DNA of 61,649 bases, filler included, from Ionaspis alba (taxonomy: Eukaryota), in NCBI GenBank assembly GCA_964255285.1. It is 11 parts of 11 records of this genome, joined end to end, with 100 filler letters (N's around TTAATTAATTAA, not from the genome) between each part and the next. Parts side by side here need not be neighbours in the genome. Positions count along the whole stretch, not along the records: positions 33,862 to 39,360 come from CAXUUL010001005.1; positions 39,461 to 44,938 come from CAXUUL010001006.1; positions 45,039 to 50,516 come from CAXUUL010001007.1; 8 more parts are not named here. The stretch is one strand, 5' to 3'. How positions within the stretch are numbered: position 1 is the first letter of the stretch; every line of letters starts with the position of its first letter. Under the pieces are notes generated by a model. It was not told the origin of the DNA. It made no database searches and saw only the letters and a program-made list of their open reading frames with translations. Of this stretch, positions 35,375 to 48,560 are shown piece after piece. Made by a program: the position numbers and the translations under genes.

Positions 35375-38300
35375 TCAATCGTAGTTGCCGATTCCGACCT
35401 GGCTGGCGAATGCGGTCGACACGCTGCGGGCATCGTCATCCCTCGTGGCGTTGCCCCCGGATTCGACGTACCGCTTGAGACGGTCGGATTGGCTGAGACT
35501 GGTTTGTTTCGCGTCGTTGATGCTGAGGCCGGCGAGACTGACTCCGCCTTTGCCGTCGACGGTGCTGGCTGGACCATTGATGTCGGATTCGGTGGCGGCA
35601 ACGGATTCTCCTGCTACGCTTTCTGTTCCGGCACGGCTTTTGGTGCCGTTGGCACGGCGGCCGTTGAGAGTTGGCCAGGTATCTTGGAAGCCGGAGAACA
35701 TCTGTGGGTAGGCTGAAGGTACACCAACACCGCCGATGGAAGACGAGTGGACGGATGAGACGTCGTCGGGAATGTAACCAATGACAGAACCAGAGTCGGT
35801 GTATTCCTGACGATGGCCATTACGACCATTGGCAATTCCGCCTGCCATGTGGGATGCGTGACCGTAAGCCATCTGGTAGCGCTGGGGTCCACGATAAGAC
35901 TGTTTGGGCCGGCTGAATTGCAGGAGCGAGATCTGCAAGTTGGAGAGCGGTCCTTCCACAAGACAATTGCGTTCCTTGAAATGGAGTAGAAGGTAGTGCC
36001 AGAGCGGATGCTTGGACAAGACCTTGGGATTTCCGAGAATCACAAGTCCATATTTCGCGCGCGTCAGAGCCACGTTGAGACGACGAGGGTCACTCAAGAA
36101 ACCAATGCCTTGGTGGTCGTTGGATCGAACACAAGACAAGACAATAAAGTCCTTCTCTCGACCCTGGAAAGCGTCGACAGATGCGACCTCGATCTCCTTG
36201 TAGTTTTCCTTCTTGAACGTCCCGTTTGCTTGCATGGAGCTGACAACATAGCTTCGTTGACCCTCATAAGGAGTGATGATACCGATGTCGCTCGGCTGCA
36301 CACCAGCCTTGAAGAAGCGAGTGATGATCTTCTCAACATTCGAGGCTTCCGTGCGATTGAGGTATGAAGTTCCCGATGCAGATATTTCTTCATTCCCAAG
36401 GTTGGACCAGAACATCATTGGCGAATCGATGACCGGCCAAGGAAAATCCACATCACGGCGAAGACGTTGCTGCATAGTCACGCCGTTTTGGAGAGAGCCT
36501 TCATAGAACATGTTCGAGGGAAACTCAGACAGACAAGGGTGCATACGATACTGAACATTCAATCGGATGGGTGCACATCCAAGAATGACAAGACGCTCGA
36601 AAAGAGACTGGTTGAGACCTGCCTTGGCGGCTTTCTTGTTCATGATTACCGGACCAAGCTGTTGGTGGTCACCGACAAGAACAACTTGCTTGCAGCCGAG
36701 TACCAAAGGAATCATGCATTCGGGTTCTGCAGATTGAGTGGACTCATCGATGAGCACGGTACGGAACTTGAATTTCGAGATCCGTGGGTCTCCAGCCCCA
36801 ACACAGGTGCAGCAAATCACATCCGCATTGGTCAAGATCTCCCGCTCGGCAGTCCGTGTAAGCTGCTTGAACTTCTTTTCATCCTGGCTCGACAATTCTC
36901 CGAGTTCGCTCTTGAGCTGATTGAGCTTAACGAGTTCGATGTTGCTATCGTTCATACGGACTTGTTCGTGGAGAGACAGAAAGCCGACTGGGGACTCAAC
37001 GTCCTCTCGGGACTTGGCAGTAACGCGGACTGTCTTGAGACCCGTTTTGTGGATCCGTTCGCAGAGTTGATCGACGGCGACATTGGATGGAGCGCATACA
37101 AGCACTTGTCCACCATTGGTCTTGGCAAGGTGATAGATGATCGTGGCTGAAGTGACCGTTTTGCCCGTGCCCGGTGGACCTTGAATCAAACTCAAGGGCT
37201 TTTGAAGCACACTCTTGACGGCATTGATTTGACTGCCGTTCAATTCTGGGAGGCCCGGAACGCTGTATTTCTTGGGCATCTGTGTCTTCATTGGTGCTGC
37301 TGCAACTTCATGGCCAAGAAGTCGATGGAAGATATATCCGGAAACACTCATTTCATCCACAGCAAAGGTCTTCATAGCTAGTTGCATGCGGTCGAATGAG
37401 GTAGCCTTCCAGACATAATCGGCACTAAAGTTGTGCGTACAGTCGGTAGGAACTGACTTGTGGTCTCCTTTAGCTCGAAGCTCGATAGTAACCTCGTCAG
37501 ATTGATTATTGGGAATTTTGATCACGTAGCCAACTCCTTCCCAATGAGGACGCAACTCTCCGCTGTACTTGAGGCGCATCTCGTCTCCGACTGCCAGCTT
37601 CACGTCACCCAACTCGAGCTTGGGAAGCATGAAGCTCGCCAAGTGTTTATTGTTGAGGGCGAAGTCCCAACGAACAACGAGTCCATCTTGAGATTGGGAT
37701 TCCTTGAGCTTTCTGTCGTAGTCTGCCTCGATCTTAACCAGAGGGCCAAAGACGTTCTGATATTGGTAGGCATCATCGTAGCGCAAGAGAACTGGTGCTG
37801 GCTCATCGTCCACACCAGCACCTTTCTCCAAATCTCCAATCGTAGCAGCTGCATTATCCTTCCACATCTCCTCCAGCTTCGCAATCATCTGTGGACTCAA
37901 GTGTCGAGCGCGTAATTGCTCCTGATCCGATGGAACTGAGACAAGCCAGGACAGGAAGGACCTATCCTCGATCAATGGCTGCCAACGCGAGACATCCCAG
38001 TTCATGTCCTTTGACGAAGGCATGGCGGCGCAAGGCTGACGACAAAGTAGGACAACCACGGTGTCTGATTTTGCAGGGATGAATCCTAGTAGGAAGACGT
38101 TCTTGGTACCACAGTTGTAGCATTCTAGGACAGTATCACCGAGAGAAGAAGCTGGGTGAAGCTGCACCTCCTTGTGTCTCGCGCGCACAAGGTGATTGAT
38201 GATATGGGAGGACGAAGTATTGCCACGAGCACTGCAGAACCATTTGCTGCACGCGAGGCAGCGGACGACGCTGCTAGGGTTGTGGATTCCACAATATCTA

Positions 38301-38682
38301 TCAGTTCAAAGAAGATTGTCAGTTCCTCCACTTAGAGTGACAAAATTATCTACGTAGATCCCATTGGCTTCATTGGTACTCACGCGCAAGCATGTGGTGG
38401 CAATTCCTTCTCCTCCTCTGGTCTCAAAATCGGCTTGCCATTCACGCCATCGACTGGCATGCTGACCATACTCTCAGTGTCATCATCATCAAAAACCTCC
38501 GTTCCTTCATCTTCATCATCGTGGCGTCGTCTCCTCGGCCCACCAGATAGGTTTCCTTTCCCATATTCGCGGTCTAGGATGCTCTCATCAGGGTCGATAG
38601 TGGACAGGTCGTCTCCAGCATTAATAGTCGATGCCGAATCCGATATCAAGTGGTTGCCCAGGTGTGTAAAAGCACCCTCCAT
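35375..38682 (-). CDS. UPF1: Nonsense-mediated decay SF1 RNA helicase Upf1
   Basis: Exons 38682-38384 and 38297-35375; CH domain HACAYCGIHNP...[60 protein letters not shown]. Confidence 0.98.
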
Positions 38683-39360
38683 AATAGGTCAAGGTTTCGA
38701 GAGTGTTGGAGTTTGTACCAGGCTGGGGAATCCGAGTTCTGTTGTGGTAGAGGCTGCGTCTCAATGACGCAAGGGAAGGTAGACAACCTGATCAAATAAC
38801 TCCGCTAAAGCCTCTCACTCCCCTCAAGCGGTAAACGAAAGTAAAGATTTGAACAAGGGAAGGCTATCTGAGACTTTTCACATTTGCATGCTTGGATGCG
38901 CCCCACTACTGTGAATCTGCCGCGCGACTGAACCTCTGCTAAGATGCCCTGCTACCGCCAAGACACACTACTGCGGAGGATCTTCAGGCCGGCCACCGAT
39001 GGGCCAAGAGGACAGACCAGTAGTGTTGCAAATTCTCTATAAAATGCTCGTCATCACTTTCATGATAATTCTGCTTGGGTGACTTTTGTTCCTATCGAAC
39101 GTTTCCAATACAACATCTGGCAATGATATCCTGTTACAGTGACCTATCCTAGCAACTCATCTATGACTATGTACACATATGTTGATTCACTTTGTGCTCT
39201 ATGTGCAAATAGCGTTCTCGTCTTCATTAGATCACAACAGCTAACACAGTCAGGACCCCAGCCATGACTAAGCTCAAGCCAAGTCCAATATGTGGCGCGC
39301 CGGCCGTGGCGATTGGTGTCATGCCCGAGCTTGTCGTTGACGCATTTCCGCTTCCTCCCA

Positions 39361-39460
39361 NNNNNNNNNNNNNNNNNNNNNNNNNNNNNNNNNNNNNNNN
39401 NNNNTTAATTAATTAANNNNNNNNNNNNNNNNNNNNNNNNNNNNNNNNNNNNNNNNNNNN
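39361..39460. other. Artificial scaffold-joining spacer
   Basis: N-TTAATTAATTAA-N, 100 bp. Confidence 0.97.
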
Positions 39461-41357
39461 CACAAAGCTAGAGAAAAGGGGAAAGGAAAGGAGAGAACGA
39501 AGGGATCTTATATTTCCAACGTGGCCTCCACCAAGGGATGCCACCTGCATGCCCATGCACCCAATTCCGTCCGCTGATTCCCAGTGGGGGGTTATGCTTA
39601 TTCCCTCCTGCCATGCCCTTTCATTCCCGCCCCGATCTGCGGCAACGAAGGACGCTAAGTTTCTAATTCTGAAGCTGGGGATGGGGTCTGCTGAGCCCCA
39701 TCGTGTTGGTTGAAACCAACGCTCTCTTATGCGGCACAAATCACTTGGAAATGCTTCTCGTCGTTTCATCATGCCCACGGCACGATACGAGATATGCCCC
39801 TCCCGGTGCTTGTTTTTCTACTTCCCCTCATCTACGGGGACGATCGAGAGAGAAACAGAGAGGCATTGCTCGTGCTTCATGTCAAAGCCGGCCAGAGGAT
39901 GATGGATCATGAGCTGACTTGAACCAAGGACGGGCGGGACCGATCTCCTCTCTACGTCTTTGATGGCGTAGGCATGCGGCTGACGGCTGATGCGAGCGTG
40001 TATTGGTCTTGTATTGGCTCCGTCGTACATGCCTCTTATCTCAGTGCCTCCAGCTCTTGATTCGGTACTACCGCACCTCGATACTACCTATGGCGCAATA
40101 TATCATCGCCGCCCAGGCATTTTACGCAGTAGCAATCCGTAGTGATGTGGTAAGGTGACCATACGAATGCGCTTGCACACTTACACCGCTTACGTGCAAA
40201 CCTGAAGCCCGAGACCTAAAGCGAAATGATCATAAGCACACAATTTTCTTATTCGAGAGCACAGTCATCTATCGGTCACCCTGATCGGATGGCACCGAGT
40301 GTACTATCGAATATTTTCTGACCATTTTCGATACATTGGCTTGCGTTAGTGATCGCGATAATCCACTCGTGGGCTGTGCAAATTGAAACGCTCCTTCAGA
40401 ATTCCCCACCAAGATCCATATTATAGATTGGGCGGCTCGTCTCCAGATCATGTACAGTCTCGATTCTTGAAAGAGATGCGAAGCTCTCTGTCACGAATCC
40501 GCTCTCCTCAATTTCCCGATTCCTGTATCAACTTCAGAAGATCCCGAAACTGGTCTCCACTCATACGCTCTTGCGCCGTCGCGTGCAAATGGGGTTCATA
40601 TGTCTAGACATTTTTTGTCATCATGTAATTGGTGGCGCCAACTGCTCTTGGTGTAGGATGCTGAAGCAAGAGGTCTTGTCGTTTTTGCGTAGCCAGATGG
40701 ATCGTGATCTTCCTGAAATAATCCCAAGTCAACTGCGCCTTGATGGCTGAGAACGAGGGGGAAGCGGAAGCGAGCCAAGGCCGACGACCGGCCTCAGCCG
40801 GGGACCTTCTCACCGTTGCTTTTTGGAAGGGAACCAACACGGAAGGGGAATGCTCCAGAATTCCGGAGAGGCATAGAGAAAATCCTTACCGAGTCGCTGA
40901 TATGTTGGATGTCATTAGTATCATGATTAAATTAAAAGTGCAGCGATGGTGATTCAGAGGCTAGGACAAGCATATCTCCGGCTCCTCTGGGGTCTGGATG
41001 GGATGAGTTTAGGGTTTTGCCCATTTGACAGTCGTTCATGTCGGCTTCCCGGATGTGTCCGTACGCCATGTTGGTTGGTATAATCGGAAACCTCAATGAC
41101 TTCACACCCGGCGATGTCCAACAACTCGCCGAAGTGACTCCTATTGGCAATCATATCAGAAGCCGGCCGCCACCCCCAAGATTCAGAGTCTTGTTATTCA
41201 GGCTAGAGCCAACTCTCACGTGGTGTTGGGAGCGGGGGCCATGCCCTCCCACGTTCCTCTATCATCACGTGCGATAACCAAGTGGAAGATTGCGAGATTT
41301 GGCTGAGTCTGACTCAGGATCGTCACCCTTCACCCTACGAGCTGTATGTTGGCATTG

Positions 41358-42929
41358 TCATACATGGTCCAGAACCATTGTATCATCCCCGCCCTCGTTG
41401 GTTGCCTCTTCCACCACAACGCCCCTCCCTCGTCCTTCAAGCAGCTCCCTCCGCACCTCCGGCCCTATATCCTTGTGTCCCCTCACCAACAGCAAGTCCA
41501 ACAAGGCTTCCCGCTGATCTTCTGTAATATCATTGCGATAACGCTGTGCGAAAGCCAGCAAACTTTGGTGCCATAGCACTGGCAGCTTAAGATCCTTCCC
41601 TTGCGACCCGTTGATACCTGACATACTGTTGCTCTTCGTAGTTGGATCCGTGGCGCGAAACCGTAGGAAATGGAAAACCAAATTGTCGATAACCTTGTAT
41701 GGCAATGCATATTTCTTCTCCAGCAGGACTCTGATGAAGATGTTAGTTGCTCCGCCGCCTTCAGTCGAGACTGAGGTCTGCTCAGCTGCAATCTCAGTCA
41801 GTCTCATCAGAGCAGCTGCGGAATGTAACACTGGTATTGAAACTCTGGTCAGCACACTCGATATGATATGTGCCTCCCTCAGAGTGCAGGTCCCTGAATC
41901 TACGAGTGGGAACAGGAAACCTTTGAAGAACGCGGCCGGCTTATAGGTCGCCTTCTGGAGAGCCTTGTACAAATGCACGTTCAACTTCTTTGTCTCGTGG
42001 ATGTCTTCTCTGACTCGATCGAGTATCACTGACTCAAGGAATCGTCGGACAACGAATGGATTTGAGGAAACGAAAATTTTTGTGGCCTCGTAACAAGCGT
42101 TTGGTGTCCACGATTCTGGTCTTGTAATTGAAAGGAGGACCTCCGATTGAGGTAGTGTTGCGATGATCTTGAAGGGTTTTGGGAGTTTGCCGGACTTGTA
42201 TCTCGAAAGTATGAGACCAATTCTGAACACCTATCAGTATACACTTCGACACTGAGCGATTGAAAGGACTTACTTCGAGTATACCTCCACCAATTTCGCT
42301 GGTAACTCAACAGCGTCCTCTAGCGGCCCACCTCCTTGTACATTCGGGACTCCTCCGGAAGCAGCTTCATGCGCAGCAATTTGCTCAAGGATGAGATCTG
42401 CTAGATTTTTTCCTTGCTCTTCTTCCTGCGTAGGTGCATTTAGGTCTAAGGTAGGGTCTTCGCCGGAGGGAATGAATTTGTTGAATAAATCAAGATCGTT
42501 GGGGTCTACCTCCTATCTCATTCATCATTTAGCTGATTATAAAAACCAAGAGGCGCTTATCAAGAATTCTTGTACCCTTCCATCAATCTCTTCCTCATCT
42601 TCATCACCCCAAGCCTCTTCGTCCTCATGCCTCGCCTCCTCCTCCGCTTCACTTTCGCTACCGAACCTTGAGTCGAAATTGAATGCTGTATTTGGTGCCG
42701 ACGGCTTAGACTTCTCCTCCTCCTCCTCTACTAGTTCTTGACCGATTCTCAGGATCTTTCGGGAAGATCTGGAGTCGACGTAGCCTTCAGCGTCATCTTC
42801 GCGCCTAGCCTTCCGCTTCTTGGATTTTGTTCGCAAAGGACCTGCCGCAACAAGATCGTCCTCGAGCGTATTCTGGTGTCGCGATTTTTTGGTCCCAACT
42901 GATGATAGTCTCGTAGCCGCTCTCGACAT
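41358..42929 (-). CDS. ENP1: Bystin / 40S biogenesis factor Enp1 (3 exons)
   Basis: YVDSRSSRKILRIGQEL; NLADLILEQIAAHE; LSRYKSGKLPKPFKII; LNVHLYKALQKATYKPAAFFKGFLFPL; LPVLWHQSLLAFAQRY. Confidence 0.95.
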
Positions 42930-43109
42930 ATTTGTAGCTCGAGATTCGGGTAAGGTCTGGGAATGAGCTCTGATATCGTTTCGCTCAATTCAACAATCAA
43001 AAAAGTTCGCAGCGGGCCAATGACGGTGTTGTGGGGTGCCGAAGATTTGCCGAAGCCATCTAAATCCGATCGGGGTTCCTGAAAGTTGATGCGAGTGTTC
43101 CACCCAAAC

Positions 43110-44914
43110 ATGGCAGACACCCTACCCAATCGCAGGGGCTCGACACCTTCAGCAATACCTCAAAAGCGACTTCACGGCCTCGACGATGAACAACACGCGC
43201 CTACGGTCTCCTCGCCGCTCAATCCTGACTTTGCGACCTCGCGTGCGCGACGTCCGCCGCCGCCGCGGGAACAGCGAGAAAAGAAAGAGTCCTTGAAGAA
43301 GCGCGAAGCCAAAGGCACCGATGCCGGTCGAGGTGGAACTCCGGACAGCCAAGGTCATGGGCGGAAGACCAAGAAAGGACCGGAGAGCAGTAGCATCTTA
43401 TCTTTAATAAGATACAAGTTACCACCACCGAATCCGACCGATTTCGATCCTCCCAAACCGCCAATTCTTATACCCACAATCTTTCATGCGGAGAAGCAAT
43501 TCTACGAAGCTTCTGAGCAGTAAGTCTCAGTGTGGCGTCAGTAGGTTGTCTCGATTGACAAGAAGACAGTGTATTCAATCGCAAGGGTTTTCGTTATACC
43601 CACTGCATCGCTGATCCTGCTTTCACTTTCTCCCAGTACCACCGTCTTTCAGAAATAGAACCCTTCACGCCTCGCTTTGACTACGAAGATGCCTCGTCCC
43701 ACATTCTCTTCGACGAGCCTGCCAAGAGTATCACCACGGAGAAAGGCTTCCGAATGGCGAGAGCCAACGTCGGCGCAAGAGAGGGCAAATGGTACTGGGA
43801 GTGCAAAATCTTGAGCGGAGTAAAACAAGTCGTCTCTGACGGACCAACGACTGAGGCTGAAACCGAAATCCCTGGAGGTCATGTACGATTGGGTTTCAGT
43901 CGCCGAGAAGCAAGCTTAGACACTCCCGTTGGGTTCGATGCCTATAGCTATGGACTACGCGACGTCGCAGGACAGAAGGTCCACATGTCACGCCCCAAAG
44001 ACTTCATGCCTGCAGGCGAGCAGATTTGCGAAGGCGATGTGATCGGCCTCGAGATCAATCTCCCGTCCCTAGCCCTTCACCGAAAGGTCGTAGAAGGTTC
44101 TTACAACAAAGCCGTCGACGTTTCCGACGACGTCGAGCCTCATGCCGCCAGCGCTCCAGACATCATCCGTGACCGGCTTCCCATCCGGTACAAAGCGCAC
44201 CTCTACTTCGAACAGTTCGAGTACCAATCTAGCAAGGAGCTCGAAGAGCTAATGAACCCCGTCCCCGTTGTCATTACAACAAACAGCACAGTCCCCGTCG
44301 GCTCTCCCAACCCAAATCATTCTCTCGTTCCACTTCGAACTCTTCCCTTCTCCTGCATCAAAGTCTACAAAAACGGCCGCTACATCGGAACACCCTTTAC
44401 TGACCTCCTCGCCTTCCTCCCACCAGCCTCAAAACCCATGCACCAAGTAGGCGCACGAGACGGCCTCGACGACGGCCTCCTAGGCTACTTCCCCTCCGTC
44501 AGCGTCTTCCGGGGTGGCGCCGCTGAAGTCAATTTCGGTCCCGACTTCTGGTTCCCGCCGCCCGACCTCGCCAGCTCGGACGACGATGTCGACATGATCG
44601 GTGACGAAAATGCCACAGCTCCTACAAGAAGCGGTACTGCTACTTCGCTGAAGAGGCTGCGACCTTTAGCGGAACGGTACACGGAGCAGATCGCGGAGGA
44701 TATCTTGTATGATATTATTGATGAGGTAGATCTTTGGGCGCAAGATGGTGGGAAGACGGAGACGCAAAAAGGTGTTGGTAGTGCCGTTCCGACGGTCCTG
44801 GGACCGGTGGATCCGGCGGCGCCGGGCGTGGATGCTGCGGCTGCTGATCTGGGAGGTATGGGAGTGGGTGCGGAGACGGGGGAGATTAAGGAGATTGTGC
44901 AGGAGGAGGAGTGA
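43110..44914 (+). CDS. BRE2: COMPASS/Set1C subunit Ash2/Bre2 (SPRY domain; CclA-like)
   Basis: Intron at about 43520-43569; FNRKGFRYTHC; EKGFRMARANVGAREGKWYWECKI; HVRLGFSRREASLDTPVGFDAYSYGLRD; GYFPSVSVFRGG; AERYTEQIAEDILYDIIDEV (Dpy-30/Sdc1-binding helix). Confidence 0.93.
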
Positions 44915-44938
44915 TGGATTGCTTGATACCCTTTTGAG

Positions 44939-45038
44939 NNNNNNNNNNNNNNNNNNNNNNNNNNNNNNNNNNNNNNNNNNNNTTAATTAATTAANNNNNN
45001 NNNNNNNNNNNNNNNNNNNNNNNNNNNNNNNNNNNNNN
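44939..45038. other. Artificial scaffold-joining spacer
   Basis: N-TTAATTAATTAA-N, 100 bp. Confidence 0.97.
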
Positions 45039-46346
45039 AGTCTGCGTCATCATCGTTGTCTCTTCGGTATGTGCGAGAGCGCTTTGGATACCGTCCAAAG
45101 TTTTCTTTCGTCATGGCTACTCTCTCCTCGAATTCCAGGTCGTGGAAGTCTTTCGTGGAGTTGGCACGTCGACAAGCAAGAGGCAGATTGCTGTCCAGAT
45201 ATTTCTTAAGCGTTTCAGTGCCTTCCCGCTGTTTCCACGAGATACAAGTAGCTCGTCCGCGGAACCTCGTGCGTCGCATGGACAACTTGTTCTCAGAGAT
45301 TTTCGACTTTCCCGGCATTCTCTGAAGAAAGTCCTTGGAGCGAATAGCGAGGTTGAGACGAATAATTGCCTCCATGAGCCAGCCCTCCATGTTTGAGGAA
45401 CAGGTCCAAGGAATCTCAGCGTAGTCCAAGAGTGCTTCGTCGTTAGAATCTAAGACTATGCGGTCTTCCAGCACCCAGAGCTCCGCCTTTTTGGCAACAT
45501 TTTCTGGCCTCGGCTCGTATTGGAAAAGAATGTCTGGACGGTTATCACGAGCTTCGCCCCAGTTTTCCTGGTCATTATCAGTGAGGCCTGAAGCTAAGAC
45601 GATGTTATACATACCTGTTCCTCCAAGAATGAAGTGACATCATTTTCTGCTGCTCCTCTCTGGCGAGGGAAAGCTGTACCAGTCAGCTCAGGATTTTTTT
45701 TTCACGGCATTTTTCGAAGATTGAATAGAGACTTACTGTACTCCCCTGCTATAGAAGCAGCCTCAATCGGTTCGGCACGAATATCCTTGTGATATACGGC
45801 AAGACCTAGTCTTCGCTTAGTAGCAATACCACAAAAACAGAATTGTGGACTTACGCCAATTCCCATCTGTGGGATCCTTCCACTGAAGGCTGCCATCATC
45901 ATCGATACGCGTCTCTCCATTTCTCGTGGCGTTCAGTACATTGCCTTTCCGCCTCCTGGAAGCTTTTGGCGAGGGATACTGTAGACCTCGGGCTTTCGAG
46001 CTTGTTGGTGCAAGGTCGTTATTACACTCTTCCTTACCCGTAGCACTTCGTCCGTTCCATCCGTCCAAGCTGCTATTGTCCTGGTCACCATCCGAGCTTT
46101 TTTCATTGCTTAAATGTTTTGGCTTTCTCGTCTTCCTTGTGGAGCGTCGCAGCTGGGACTGATCGTTATCTTCAAAACACAGTCAGCCTCTCAAGTCTTA
46201 ACATACAGGTCGTGGCCAAAGTGAGAGAGCTTACCGGAGTTATCGCTGCTATCTTGAGGCTGATCGTCTTGTAGTAGATCGTTAGCTTGTCTTCGCTGAG
46301 ACCTATTTGCAACGACGGTGTTCTTGGATCTTGACGACGAGGACAT
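45039..46346 (-). CDS. Uncharacterised multi-exon protein, paralogue A (Myb/HTH-like motif); 3' end truncated
   Basis: ATG 46346 and four canonical introns splice in frame: MSSSSRSK...GSLQWKDPTDGNWRLAVYHKDIRAEPIEAASIAGEYTFPRQRG...ENWGEARDNRPDILFQY...RIVLDSNDEALLDYAEIPWTCSSNMEGWLMEAIIRLN...KDFLQRMP...NKLSMRRTRFR...CISW. Confidence 0.8.
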
Positions 46347-46875
46347 GTCGTGGAACTTGGGGGAAAAGTCGAAGTGCTAGACAGAAGTTAATGTAACGGA
46401 GCACTCAGCACTAGGTACTTAAGCTTGCAAGAAGTATCAGACACTCGACGACGTTCTGGTGGATCCAGGAATATCTTGCTGAGATGGGATGACTAAATGG
46501 TAATATGGAGATTGTGGAAGTTTCATAAATAAGTACGAATGATCTAGCGAGGTTTGCACTATCACGAAGATTGCTCATAAAAATTGGAAGAAAGATATTG
46601 ACAACGGCGGGTCTGGGCTTAGACGACGCCCTATGAAAAGCACTAGGTGGATCGGGAGAAGGGTGTTGATATCGAGCAGGCACGTCGTCAGCACAAAGAC
46701 ATGGAAGACCAGTAGCAGGGTAATAAGAAGCGGTGACATACCTCCTGTTCCCTTGAATACACGGAGACAAACAGTGGCAGTTCCTTCTCTTAAGATGAAA
46801 TGGCTAATATTTCAGATTATCTTGGAGTTCAATAGCCCCAGCCTGTGAATATCCTCCTGACACAATTCAGTCAAG

Positions 46876-47358
46876 TCAGATAAGGCGTTCGAGAGCATTT
46901 TCAATCTCGTATCCATGTTCGAGTCTTTCAGCAATGCCCTGTCCGATAGCATGCTGGCCCATACTGGGAGTTTTTCGTCCATAGCATTTCCTGTGCTAGA
47001 CATACCAACGCTCTCTTCCCTGAATGTCTCTTACACCGGTCTTCGTGCGCGACTTTCTTCGATCCAACTCTCTCCAACACAGCTCATCCAGCTCCGCGAA
47101 CGCGACGTCGTCACACAACCTCTGCTGTTCGCTCGATACCGATTGCCACCAGCTGCCGCAGACACGATACTAGCACCCTCCTCAATCGGTAATGCCAACA
47201 TACACGATCGAGGTAGCTGATAGTGCGATTAATGATAATGTTCTGGATCTTCTCTCTGTGCCACATCATGCACCAAATAAAGTCGGAGGACTCATGTCAA
47301 AGAAATTGACCCATTGAGAGAAAGTCTCTTTGGGTACTGAAGCAAATGGAGATTCCAT
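46876..47358 (-). pseudogene. Possible degraded F-box-like gene remnant
   Basis: MESPFASVPKETFSQWVNFF...GA*CG...LSLIALSATS resembles a fungal F-box start but has an in-frame TGA (47266-47268). Further coding-like pieces lie downstream. Confidence 0.2.
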
Positions 47359-48560
47359 TACAACTATAAATGCGGAGAACAACAAGCAGCCATTGAGTAG
47401 AAGGTGACACAGCCAGACTATACATGAAAGTTCGGTTGAGAAGATAAAGTAGGATGTAGCTGACATTGTTGGAGATGTCGAACTGACTACACCTTGGAGC
47501 ATCTACCACATGCCCGCAGAGTACAAGTAGACCGCTGCAGCTGATCATGGAGGTACTCCACTCTGGCATCTTTCAAGAGAGTCAGTAGTATAGATATACC
47601 TATCCTGATTGGTAACGGAGCGTATGCATGGCAGCTATTTAGTGTATTGGCTTCTAGTAACTGAAACTCAAAGGGCAAGAGCCTCCGACGGGAAGGGCGC
47701 GTGAGTTAAGCCCGCGTTCGCCAGTCCGAGGGAGCTCAGCTTTTCAAAGTTAGCTGTTTTGCTATTCACATTTGAATCGAGAGCGGTAGAGAGACGAGGA
47801 ATACAGCCTATCTGTACTTTTAGGTGGGCTGTCGAGGCCAACCGTCGTCTGTCGGAGGACTGAGGGAGAGTTAGTCAGTGTCACAAGAAAGCTTTGCATT
47901 AGAAATGCACAACCGACGCTATTGGGTCTTAAACTCGTTGCACGTCTGGGCTACAGTGTGGGGAATCAAGAAGTTGAAGATCCATTAGACTTGGCAGGGC
48001 TGGACATCGAGTACAACAGCTGAACTCTACAATGACGAGGAGATAACGGGAAGATACAAGAGAGATTTAACGTATTGCAATGATCACGACTCCTTGTTCA
48101 TGCCAAGCTCTCGGCTCGAGTCTTTAATGCTCCAACCTCCAACCTGAGAAACCTTGAGCTACCGAACAGCTCCGGACGGCATAAGAGATTAGATAGCTTT
48201 GCCATCGATAGAAAGTACAATAGCAGATGCAAGTCAGACTCGAGAGAAAGAGACTATACTCCACGAATGAGCTGTCATACTGCCATGCTATGCCTGCAAG
48301 GCGATAAGAGTCGAAGCAACGAAATGCCGCCGTTGTGTAGAGAGGGGCCCGTGAGAAACTGTATCTAATCGGTAAGCAGTTGTCGTTGTGGACAATTACT
48401 TTGACTTGCCTTGTATCTTGAAACAGCGCAACAAAGAGTCGACATGTGGCTACATTGTCTGACGGTACAACGGAGACCCGTTCCTATTTATGTCCTCGTC
48501 CGATGTCCCAGCCAACCTTACCACCTCCATAATCTACCGTATCTCATACCGTCCTTTTGC

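Noticed and set aside
35385..37915. Long plus-strand ORFs antisense to UPF1 (and similar ones opposite other genes)
   Set aside because: Shadow ORFs arising from codon bias of the real gene.
17293..44914. Apparent RNA-surveillance cluster (SAF4, AIR1-like, UPF1, ENP1)
   Set aside because: The genes lie on different scaffolds that are adjacent only through size sorting.
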